A stretch of DNA of 23,588 nucleotides from a bacterium (GTDB lineage Bacteria; CALINM01): contig JBEQAF010000026.1 of assembly GCA_041640455.1 (NCBI GenBank), positions 1 to 23,588 of the forward strand. Reading direction: 5' to 3'. Below the pieces are notes generated by a model. That model did no database searches and was not told the DNA's origin. It saw only the letters and a program-made list of their open reading frames with translations. Below are positions 9,826 to 17,200 of this stretch, piece by piece. Made by a program: the position numbers and the translations under genes. Position 1 is the first letter of the stretch. The number at the start of each line of letters is the position of its first letter.

Positions 9826-10551
9826 ATGAAAAAGATCAGAGCCGATGAGCTCTTGTTTGAAAGAGGTCTTGTAGACACAAGAAGCAGGGCAAAGACCCTG
9901 ATAATGATGGGGAAGGTTTATGCTGATGGGGCTAAGGTCTTAAAAGCTGGAGAGGCTCTACCTTCCGATTGCAAAATAGAGATTAAAGAAGATCTGCCAT
10001 TTGTTAGCCGTGGAGGATTAAAGCTTGAGTCCGCCATAAAGCATTTTAACATTCCTGTTGATGGGAAGATCGCCCTCGATATCGGCGCATCTACCGGCGG
10101 GTTTACAGATTGTCTGATTAAATATGGAGCATTTAAGGTTTATGCAGTAGATGTGGGCTACGGACTAATCGATCAGAAGTTACGAAATGACCCCAGAGTT
10201 GTAAATATTGAAAAGACTAACTTCAGATATGTAGATCCTGATTTTCTCCCCGAAAAGGTTCAGATTGTTACTATTGATGTATCATTTATATCCTTAACCC
10301 TTATCATCCCCAAAGCTCTACTTTTCCTTTCTGAAGAGGGATATCTAATCTGTCTTGTTAAGCCTCAGTTTGAGCTCTCTCCAAAAGAAGTGAAAAATGG
10401 GATTGTAAGAGATCAGCAGTTGAGGGATAAGGCGGTTTTAAAAATATCTGATTTTATTAAAGAGCTCAGGCTAAATGTGCTTGGTGTTATGGAATCTCCC
10501 ATAACTGGTCAGAAAGGCAACAGGGAATATCTTATTATCTGCAGAAAGTAA
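9826..10551 (+). CDS. tlyA: TlyA family rRNA 2'-O-methyltransferase
   Basis: N-terminal S4 domain, FVSRGGLKL, LDIGASTGGFTD, DVSFISL, LVKPQFE and GNREYL; follows dxs. Confidence 0.95.
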   Translation: MKKIRADELLFERGLVDTRSRAKTLIMMGKVYADGAKVLKAGEALPSDCKIEIKEDLPFVSRGGLKLESAIKHFNIPVDGKIALDIGASTGGFTDCLIKYGAFKVYAVDVGYGLIDQKLRNDPRVVNIEKTNFRYVDPDFLPEKVQIVTIDVSFISLTLIIPKALLFLSEEGYLICLVKPQFELSPKEVKNGIVRDQQLRDKAVLKISDFIKELRLNVLGVMESPITGQKGNREYLIICRK

Positions 10552-10558
10552 CTGATCT

Positions 10559-11317
10559 TTAGATACTGCCTTCTGTGCTGGTATTTCTTTTTTCAAGAAG
10601 CTCTTTTGCAATATCTCTTATGACAGGATGAAGGGTATTGTCTATTATGATGGACTCGAGCTCCTTCTTCTGCATGTAAAAAAGCATAAGTAGTGATAGC
10701 CTGAAAGGTGAATAGGGGTTTTTTACGATAGCCTCTTTCACCGCATATAGATTTATCCATCTGTCAAAAAGATAGATTACCCTTATTACTTCTGCATTTG
10801 TAGGTCTAACAGAAGCCACTTTTAACACATCCTTCTCTGTAATCATGGGGTTTGAAAGCAGATGCCTTATCACGTAGGGATCTTTTTCAAGAAGCATCCT
10901 TCTGATTAAGATACGATCCATCTTTTTTGCCACACTTCTTTTTACTCCAAGGGGCATGTAGTCCATCATGATATCGGTAGTATGCACCTCGCCTTTTTTA
11001 AGAAATTTGTGGGGTGGTGGGGGTTTTATAATAAGGCTTAATATTCTATCTGATGATTCTATACAAAGTATCTTGTTGAAAAACTCCTGCTCAATCTGAA
11101 TGTCATAAACACCTTCTATAATATCTACAAAAGAGAAGATTACAGAAAGAGCATCATGATTGTTTGAAAACGCCTGCCATATGATATACTCAAGATAGTC
11201 TTTAATATCCTCTTTCTGAAAAAGATTTAGCTTTTCTGCCAGCAAAAAGGCTCTTACCTTTCTGCCTGTTACAGAAAGCACCTTTCTGGTAAGCTGTTCT
11301 ATCAGTCCTGATTCCAT
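10559..11317 (-). CDS. Hypothetical protein with C-terminal alpha-helical (LRV/HEAT-like) repeats
   Basis: 252-aa ORF overlapping the upstream gene by 16 nt. Repeated helix-NP units (LLSNPMIT, IVKNPYSP). The family assignment is pattern-based only. Confidence 0.6.
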   Translation of the reverse strand: MESGLIEQLTRKVLSVTGRKVRAFLLAEKLNLFQKEDIKDYLEYIIWQAFSNNHDALSVIFSFVDIIEGVYDIQIEQEFFNKILCIESSDRILSLIIKPPPPHKFLKKGEVHTTDIMMDYMPLGVKRSVAKKMDRILIRRMLLEKDPYVIRHLLSNPMITEKDVLKVASVRPTNAEVIRVIYLFDRWINLYAVKEAIVKNPYSPFRLSLLMLFYMQKKELESIIIDNTLHPVIRDIAKELLEKRNTSTEGSI

Positions 11318-12051
11318 CTAAATCTGACCAGTCTGTCTATTCCAGGAGGAATGGTTTTTAACCCTTCCTGATAATAGGCTCTGCCTGTTTCGTAAAAGTC
11401 AGACAAATTTTCTTCGGAACTAAAAATCACCGAACTGCTCAGACACTGTCTGGAACATGTTCTCCCCCAGTATTTTCCATTGAAAGTATAGGGACAGTTA
11501 ATGGTATAGGAGGTCAGAATATGGTCAAGATAAATGCTCACAGCCATATCTGGGAGTTTATCCATATTAATCCCATAAGGTGTCGCATCGATCTCAATCC
11601 TTACCACTCCTATGGATCTTAAAAAATCTATGGTTAGCTCATCCATCAAAGGCACATCTCTAAGATCTTCTTTTTTCACCGCATCATATAGCTTCTGGAC
11701 ACCACGCTTCTGATAGGAATAATATCTACCAAGTCCAGTTTTTATATTTTTCTTATAGTTTTTCCTGAAAAAGAACAGCCCTCCCAGATCGTTAAATATA
11801 ATCTCATCATCTTTTTCTGCCAGTTCTGTAAAAAGAGTCAAATACCTCTCCATGAGCTTTAGTTCGCTTTCCAGTATTGGGGGCATAAGAAGAGAAACAT
11901 GATAACGGCTTTTAACCTCTTCCACAAGTGTCCTAAAATTTTTTGGATATGCTTTTATGCAGAAGTCCGAGCCCAGATAAATACGGCTTGTGTTATCAGG
12001 CAGGGAAGATAAACGGGAGATATTTTTTACAAAATAGGCATGTTCAATCAA
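11302..12051 (-). CDS. U32-family, UbiV-like putative [4Fe-4S] protein
   Basis: RIYLGSDFC (C31), EIIFNDLG, RIEID, and C186-X12-C199-X3-C203; these four are its only Cys. TTG start overlaps the moeA TGA stop. Confidence 0.7.
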   Translation of the reverse strand: MIEHAYFVKNISRLSSLPDNTSRIYLGSDFCIKAYPKNFRTLVEEVKSRYHVSLLMPPILESELKLMERYLTLFTELAEKDDEIIFNDLGGLFFFRKNYKKNIKTGLGRYYSYQKRGVQKLYDAVKKEDLRDVPLMDELTIDFLRSIGVVRIEIDATPYGINMDKLPDMAVSIYLDHILTSYTINCPYTFNGKYWGRTCSRQCLSSSVIFSSEENLSDFYETGRAYYQEGLKTIPPGIDRLVRFRWNQD

Positions 12052-13265
12052 TTTTCAAATAACTCAATAAGTACCTTTTCGCCTTTATTAATTCGTGTAT
12101 TATCCTCTTTCAGTATAACATAACAGTTTGCGAGGGTCATAGAAGTTATAGCTGATGATGCCTGGTTGGGAAAGATATCAACAAAGAGCTCTCCATCTTT
12201 TGTATATGCCCTGCCCCTGAGAAAATGCGTTCTCCCGGATTTTTTCCTGATATCATCTGTTGCTATGGCATAGATAGTTTTTTTCTCCCATGGAGCTGAA
12301 AAGAACTTTTTGATGGCTGGAAGGACAAACTGATCAAAGGTTACCATAGCAGATACAGGATTACCTGGCAGAGCAAAAAAAAGCCTGTTATTGTAAACAC
12401 CAAATGCAACAGGATGACCCGGTCTCATCCTGACCTTCCAGAAAAGCCAGTTAACTCCCAGATTTGCAAAAACATCCTTAACAAGATCATACTCACCTAC
12501 CGATACGCCGCCTGTTGTAATAACCAGATCGGTATCTTTATATGTATAAAAGGCTTTTTCAAGCTCATCCCGATTGTCTTTTATTATCCCGCCATTGAAT
12601 GCTTCAGCACCTGCCTCTCTTGCCATAGCCATCAATGCATAGCTATTACTATTTACAATCTTACCAAATCCAGTCTGTTCGTCTATATCAATAAGCTCGG
12701 AGCCCGTAGCAAGTATGGCTATTTTAGGTTTTTTATAGACATAAATCTCTTTTTTCATTAAAGAGGCAAAAAGACCTATCATTGCAGGGGTTATTCTGCT
12801 TCCCTTTGATGCCACAACATCGTTTTCTTTAATTTCCTCACCCTTTAGCCTGATATCATTACCCTTCTCAACGGGATTAAAAAATAGCGCATAATCGCCT
12901 TCAATAGTCACATCTTCCTGCCTCACCACACAATCCGCACCGTCGGGTATCATAGCTCCAGTATATATTTTTACACAACATTTAGAATCGGGAAGAGGTC
13001 GGGCAATCTTGCCTGCCCATATCTCATCAACTATCTTTAATTTGACAGGATTATCTTTTGAAGCATCCTTTATCTCCTCAGCCCTGAGGGCAAAACCATC
13101 CATGGCTGAATTATCAAAAAAAGGCACACTAAAACCGGAGATAATATCTCTTGAAAGATATCTTCCCAGCCCATCGGCAAAGTGGATCTTCTCCTCCTCC
13201 GCCTCCTTAATGCAAGAAAGAATGATATTTATGGCTCTATCAACCGAGATGTTTTGGTTTAGCAT
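12048..13265 (-). CDS. moeA: Molybdopterin molybdotransferase
   Basis: PFFDNSAMDGFA, IYTGAMIPDGAD, ATGSEL, ITTGGVSVG and LPGNPVS. Confidence 0.97.
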   Translation of the reverse strand: MLNQNISVDRAINIILSCIKEAEEEKIHFADGLGRYLSRDIISGFSVPFFDNSAMDGFALRAEEIKDASKDNPVKLKIVDEIWAGKIARPLPDSKCCVKIYTGAMIPDGADCVVRQEDVTIEGDYALFFNPVEKGNDIRLKGEEIKENDVVASKGSRITPAMIGLFASLMKKEIYVYKKPKIAILATGSELIDIDEQTGFGKIVNSNSYALMAMAREAGAEAFNGGIIKDNRDELEKAFYTYKDTDLVITTGGVSVGEYDLVKDVFANLGVNWLFWKVRMRPGHPVAFGVYNNRLFFALPGNPVSAMVTFDQFVLPAIKKFFSAPWEKKTIYAIATDDIRKKSGRTHFLRGRAYTKDGELFVDIFPNQASSAITSMTLANCYVILKEDNTRINKGEKVLIELFEN

Positions 13266-14379
13266 CAGCTATTTTTTTGTTTGGTTTTCTACCCTTTTTT
13301 GAATGTCTTTTAAAAGAAGGCTCTTTTTTTCCCATCACCCTCTTTATAGATTTTTCATCAGCTTTTTTAAGCTCATCTATCTTTGCCAGCAGATCGTCCA
13401 CCTTGTCTCTGGGAACCCTAACGTAGTAAGAAGTATCTGGCGGGAGAAAACCGTTCTTGATGGCGGGATTGAGTTCCCTTATCAGCTCCTCGTCAGCTGA
13501 TATGGCTTCAGCAACGGATTTTAAAGTGATCCCGGGTGGCAACAGTACCTTTTCGGTGCCCTCAATGGTGGCGTTGTACTCAATATTCCCAAAGCCAAAA
13601 TCCTCTGGATTTTTAGCTATTATTGTGGCTGCTACAAATCTGGGCACATACTCTTTTGTCTCTCTTTTAATCTTTTTGTGCGATATCACATCCCAGAAAC
13701 TCTTGTATCCGGTTGAATTTTTAATCCTCATTATTTTGCCCTCACCGGCATTATAGGCTGCAAGGGCAAAATCCCATGTGCCGAACATGTCATAAAGATC
13801 CTTCAGATAGTTTGCAGCCGCTATGGTTGACATCTCTGGATCTCTTCTTTCATCAACAAACTTATCTACACGAAGACCATATTTCTTTGCGGTACCCTTC
13901 ATAAACTGCCAGATGCCCACTGCCTGGGCACGAGAGGTGGCATAAGGGGAGAATCCGCTTTCTATCAACGGCAAAAATACAAGCTCTCCTGCCAGTCCGT
14001 TCTCTTCAAAGATCTTATTTATCAGAGGGAGATATTTACCAGCCCTTGAAAGCCAGATATTAAACCTTTCTTTAGCTTTGTCTCTATAATAGTTAAGAAA
14101 GTGGTTTACCTTCGGGTTGCTGTTAATACCCCAGAATATAGCTTCTACCACATATGCGCTATCGCTTTTTGCCTCAGCCGTGCCTGTCTTAGGGTCGGTG
14201 TAGCTGGTTTTTATGGCAGGGTAATCCTTTTTGTCATAACTGACTATATCTTCAATTCGGGAGGCATGCTCCTGTATGCTATTTCTGGTTGCCTCCTCGC
14301 TATTCAAAGCAAAAGCATCCAATGAGATAAAAGCTAAACTTAAAATGATAATAATGATAATAAAGTATAATTTTTTCAT
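13240..14379 (-). CDS. MltD-type lytic murein transglycosylase (SLT domain, degenerate LysM-like segment, basic tail)
   Basis: LIESGF (catalytic Glu), AVGIWQF, DERRDP, AAYNAGEG and ETKEYVPRF. I prefer the start at 14379 (MKKLY + signal peptide) over the track's 14406, which lies within the promoter spacer. Confidence 0.9.
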   Translation of the reverse strand: MKKLYFIIIIIILSLAFISLDAFALNSEEATRNSIQEHASRIEDIVSYDKKDYPAIKTSYTDPKTGTAEAKSDSAYVVEAIFWGINSNPKVNHFLNYYRDKAKERFNIWLSRAGKYLPLINKIFEENGLAGELVFLPLIESGFSPYATSRAQAVGIWQFMKGTAKKYGLRVDKFVDERRDPEMSTIAAANYLKDLYDMFGTWDFALAAYNAGEGKIMRIKNSTGYKSFWDVISHKKIKRETKEYVPRFVAATIIAKNPEDFGFGNIEYNATIEGTEKVLLPPGITLKSVAEAISADEELIRELNPAIKNGFLPPDTSYYVRVPRDKVDDLLAKIDELKKADEKSIKRVMGKKEPSFKRHSKKGRKPNKKIADAKPKHLG

Positions 14380-14388
14380 AGTGAAGGC

Positions 14389-14418
14389 ATTGTAACTTAT
14401 AGCCATTTAGAAAGTCAA
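14389..14418 (-). promoter_or_regulatory. Candidate sigma70 promoter for the mltD-like/moeA operon
   Basis: TTGACT (14418-14413), 18-nt spacer, TACAAT (14394-14389), 9 nt before ATG 14379. Confidence 0.55.
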
Positions 14419-14469
14419 TCATTTATGGCAAAAATCATTTTAAAACAGTTACTTATTAACCAAATAGCC

Positions 14470-15036
14470 TTATTTCAGATAGGGCAACATGAATTTGAAA
14501 TCCTCTGTCCCTGCTCTTCCTAACAAACGAAAAATTAATATCTCAGTAGTAAGTATATTGGCTCCCATAGCTTTCATGGCTTCAAGCCCCTTTTCCCAGT
14601 CAAGCCTGAATCGACTTCCTACAGCATCTGCCAGTACATACACATTTTTACCCTTTGATATTAAATCATAGCAGGTTTGCAGAACACAGATATGCGCCTC
14701 TATGCCTATTAATACTACGTCCCTTTTATTTAAAGTCTCAAAACTTTCAGAAAACCCTTCAGCACATACTCCTGAAAAGCAGTTTTTAACTATAGGCTGG
14801 TAGGAGTCCTGCAGGGCTTCTTTTATCAGACTATTTGTTGGACCAATCCCCTTAGGATACTGTTCAAACACCATCAAAGGATAGTTTTTATATTTAAAAT
14901 ATCTGATTACAAGGGCAGATTTTTGAAGTATCTTTTCTCTTACCTCATCTTTAAAGGCTTTCAGAAGGTTATCCTGTATATCCACCACTATAAGCGCCAT
15001 ATTATCTTTTTCCGGGAAAAAGTTTTTTAAATCCAT
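14470..15036 (-). CDS. Isochorismatase/cysteine hydrolase family protein (YcaC-like)
   Basis: IVVDIQ (Asp), EQYPKGIG, IVKNCFS (Lys) and GIEAHICVLQT (Cys); SD AGGAGG. Confidence 0.92.
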   Translation of the reverse strand: MDLKNFFPEKDNMALIVVDIQDNLLKAFKDEVREKILQKSALVIRYFKYKNYPLMVFEQYPKGIGPTNSLIKEALQDSYQPIVKNCFSGVCAEGFSESFETLNKRDVVLIGIEAHICVLQTCYDLISKGKNVYVLADAVGSRFRLDWEKGLEAMKAMGANILTTEILIFRLLGRAGTEDFKFMLPYLK

Positions 15037-15046
15037 ATCATCCCTC

Positions 15047-15667
15047 CTATCTGATAAAAATCCTTATGGTGCTTTTATCGTAGTCAATAAACCCCTTATC
15101 TTTGAGCAGTTTAAGCTCCTTATTAAGGTTTTCCCTCGTGCAACCTATAAACCCCGCAAGATCTCCCTGAGTAAAGTCGTTTCTTATCTCCATGTAGTTA
15201 CCTTTCTGGATACCCGATACCTTTGAGAGTTTAATAAGCCTGTTAAGTATTCTGGATGAAAGATTTGAAAAGATGGTGTCTTCTATAAAATCATTGAGCT
15301 CTCTGATCCTGAGACTAAATATTTTGATAATGTGCAGGAGCATATCGGGCTTCTGCTTTAGAAAATCAATAAAATACCTGCCTTCAAGCTCGTATATCTT
15401 TGATGTTTTTACAGGAACGGCGCAGGCTGACCTGCCGATCTTATCAAAAACCGACATCTCTCCAAATATATCTCCTTCCTGAAATATGGCAAGGATAAGC
15501 TCCTTACCCTCTTCGGAATAGTTAACTACCTTTACAATGCCTGTTTCTATGAGATAGACCTTGTTTCCAGAATCGTCTTTATAAAACACGGGACGATCCT
15601 TCTCATAGACCTTTAAAATCCCTTTCTGTTTAAATAAATCCTTCATCTCTAATGTGAAGTTTATCAT
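15047..15667 (-). CDS. Crp/Fnr family transcriptional regulator (cNMP-binding type)
   Basis: GDIFGEMS...RSACA nucleotide pocket; C-terminal HTH TQGDLAGFIGCTRENLNKELK. No N-terminal FNR Cys cluster. Confidence 0.93.
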   Translation of the reverse strand: MINFTLEMKDLFKQKGILKVYEKDRPVFYKDDSGNKVYLIETGIVKVVNYSEEGKELILAIFQEGDIFGEMSVFDKIGRSACAVPVKTSKIYELEGRYFIDFLKQKPDMLLHIIKIFSLRIRELNDFIEDTIFSNLSSRILNRLIKLSKVSGIQKGNYMEIRNDFTQGDLAGFIGCTRENLNKELKLLKDKGFIDYDKSTIRIFIR

Positions 15668-15682
15668 AATAAAAAAAGCTCC

Positions 15683-16315
15683 TTATGATTTTTGTTTTAT
15701 TACCACTCTGAGCTTCCCTTCCAGAGCTCTGGCAAACTGCTGGGCATCAGATTCTGTTCCAACTATAGCGCCGTAATGCATGGGGATTGCTATTTGGGGA
15801 TTTATATCAATGGCAGCGGCTACAGCCTCCTCCCATGTCATTACATAGGTTCCCGATACAGGAAGAAGAGCAATATGGGCTTTAAAATTTTTCATCTCCG
15901 GAATTCTGTCCGTGTCTCCTGCATGATAAATCTTTATTCCATCAACTGTAACTATAAAACCAAGCCATCCTTTAGACTTAGGATGAAAATCTTTATTTGT
16001 GTTATAAGAAGGGACAGCCTCTATCTCTATCCCATCAACCACTATTTTATCGCCTACCTTAACCTCTTTTTTTACACCTTTTAAATTAGTCAGACTTTCA
16101 TGAACACCAACAATCACTGTATCTTCCTTCAGAATTTTATTTATATCCTCTTCAGAAGTATGATCAAAATGAGGATGGGTAACCAGTATTAGATCCGCCT
16201 TCTCCTCGCCATCTTTCAACTGAAAAGGATCGATCAGAATTATTTTAGAACCTGCTTTAATCTTGATGGCATCGTGTCCAAGCCAGTAGATGTTTTCTAA
16301 GACTTTTTCCAGCAT
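15683..16315 (-). CDS. MBL-fold metallo-hydrolase
   Basis: WLGH, IDPF, THPHFDH (HxHxDH), YHAGDT, LPVSG and IPMHYG; strong SD GGGGGAGG. Confidence 0.93.
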   Translation of the reverse strand: MLEKVLENIYWLGHDAIKIKAGSKIILIDPFQLKDGEEKADLILVTHPHFDHTSEEDINKILKEDTVIVGVHESLTNLKGVKKEVKVGDKIVVDGIEIEAVPSYNTNKDFHPKSKGWLGFIVTVDGIKIYHAGDTDRIPEMKNFKAHIALLPVSGTYVMTWEEAVAAAIDINPQIAIPMHYGAIVGTESDAQQFARALEGKLRVVIKQKS

Positions 16316-16348
16316 ATCCCTCCCCCCTTTTAAACTTTATTTACTAAA

Positions 16349-16357
16349 ATTTTATCA
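16349..16357 (-). promoter_or_regulatory. Candidate extended -10 promoter for the MBL-Crp-isochorismatase genes
   Basis: TG-a-TAAAAT on the minus strand, using the nfo stop codon TGA. No well-spaced -35. Confidence 0.3.
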
Positions 16358-17200
16358 CAACCTTTTAGGAATAAAAGCAATTTTTCTTATCATGCCAAGG
16401 TTTAGCTCATCCCAGTTATCCTGTTTTGGCGTTTCCAGAATGTAGGGGAGCCTTGAAAAAAAGGGATGAGAAAGCAGGTGTCCAAAACCCTCTATGCCTA
16501 TCTCTCCCTTCCCGATATGAAAATGTCTATCTCTTCTGGAATTTAGTGGATATTTTGAATCGTTTGCATGTATCAACACAATCCTTTCAGATAATCCAGA
16601 ATTTGCCAGACTGCTATAAAATTTATCAACCTCATCTGATATTCTTAAATCTACACCTCCTGCAAAGAGATGGCAGGTGTCAAGGCATAGACCGATTCTG
16701 TTATCAAAACCTGAGGCTATCTCTTTAATCTCCTCCATATTCCCACCAAGATGATTTTTTTCACCAGAAGAGTTTTCTAACAATATTTTTACATTATCTG
16801 TTTCTGACAGAATTTCTTTTAAAGAGTTTCTAATATTGTATATCCCATTCTGCCTGTCTTCATTACTCCCAAGATGAATCACATAGTTAGACACCTTAAT
16901 CTTTATCAGCTCTTTCATGTCTGCTATGACACGATTTATAGACCTCTGTCGAAGCTCGGGACTATTAGACGCAAGGTTTACCAGATAGGGAGCATGTCCG
17001 GTTATAAATTTATATCTTCCTGACTTTTCAGCAAAAATTTCCATATCTTCATTTTTTAACTCATAGCCTTTCCATACTACTGGCGCACCTAAAAAGAACT
17101 GAAAGGCATTAATTTTTAGTCTTTCTGCCTCTGAAAAAAGCCTTTTAAACCCGCCCGATATGGAAAGATGAACCCCTAAAAGTAGCTCAGGGTTTTTCAT
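16355..17200 (-). CDS. nfo: Endonuclease IV (AP endonuclease)
   Basis: GVHLSISGG, HAPYLVNLAS, IHLG, LLEN, CLDTCH, HANDS, DRH and ILETP zinc-ligand motifs. Confidence 0.95.
   Translation of the reverse strand: MKNPELLLGVHLSISGGFKRLFSEAERLKINAFQFFLGAPVVWKGYELKNEDMEIFAEKSGRYKFITGHAPYLVNLASNSPELRQRSINRVIADMKELIKIKVSNYVIHLGSNEDRQNGIYNIRNSLKEILSETDNVKILLENSSGEKNHLGGNMEEIKEIASGFDNRIGLCLDTCHLFAGGVDLRISDEVDKFYSSLANSGLSERIVLIHANDSKYPLNSRRDRHFHIGKGEIGIEGFGHLLSHPFFSRLPYILETPKQDNWDELNLGMIRKIAFIPKRL

Noticed and set aside
10541..10576. Possible bidirectional terminator at the convergent tlyA junction
   Set aside because: Only 7 nt separate the stop codons; the gcagaaag/ccttctgt pairing is mismatched with a long loop and no U-tract.
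14380..14406. Upstream ATG (14406) for the MltD-like gene
   Set aside because: It falls between the candidate -35 and -10; MKKLY at 14379 gives a proper signal peptide.
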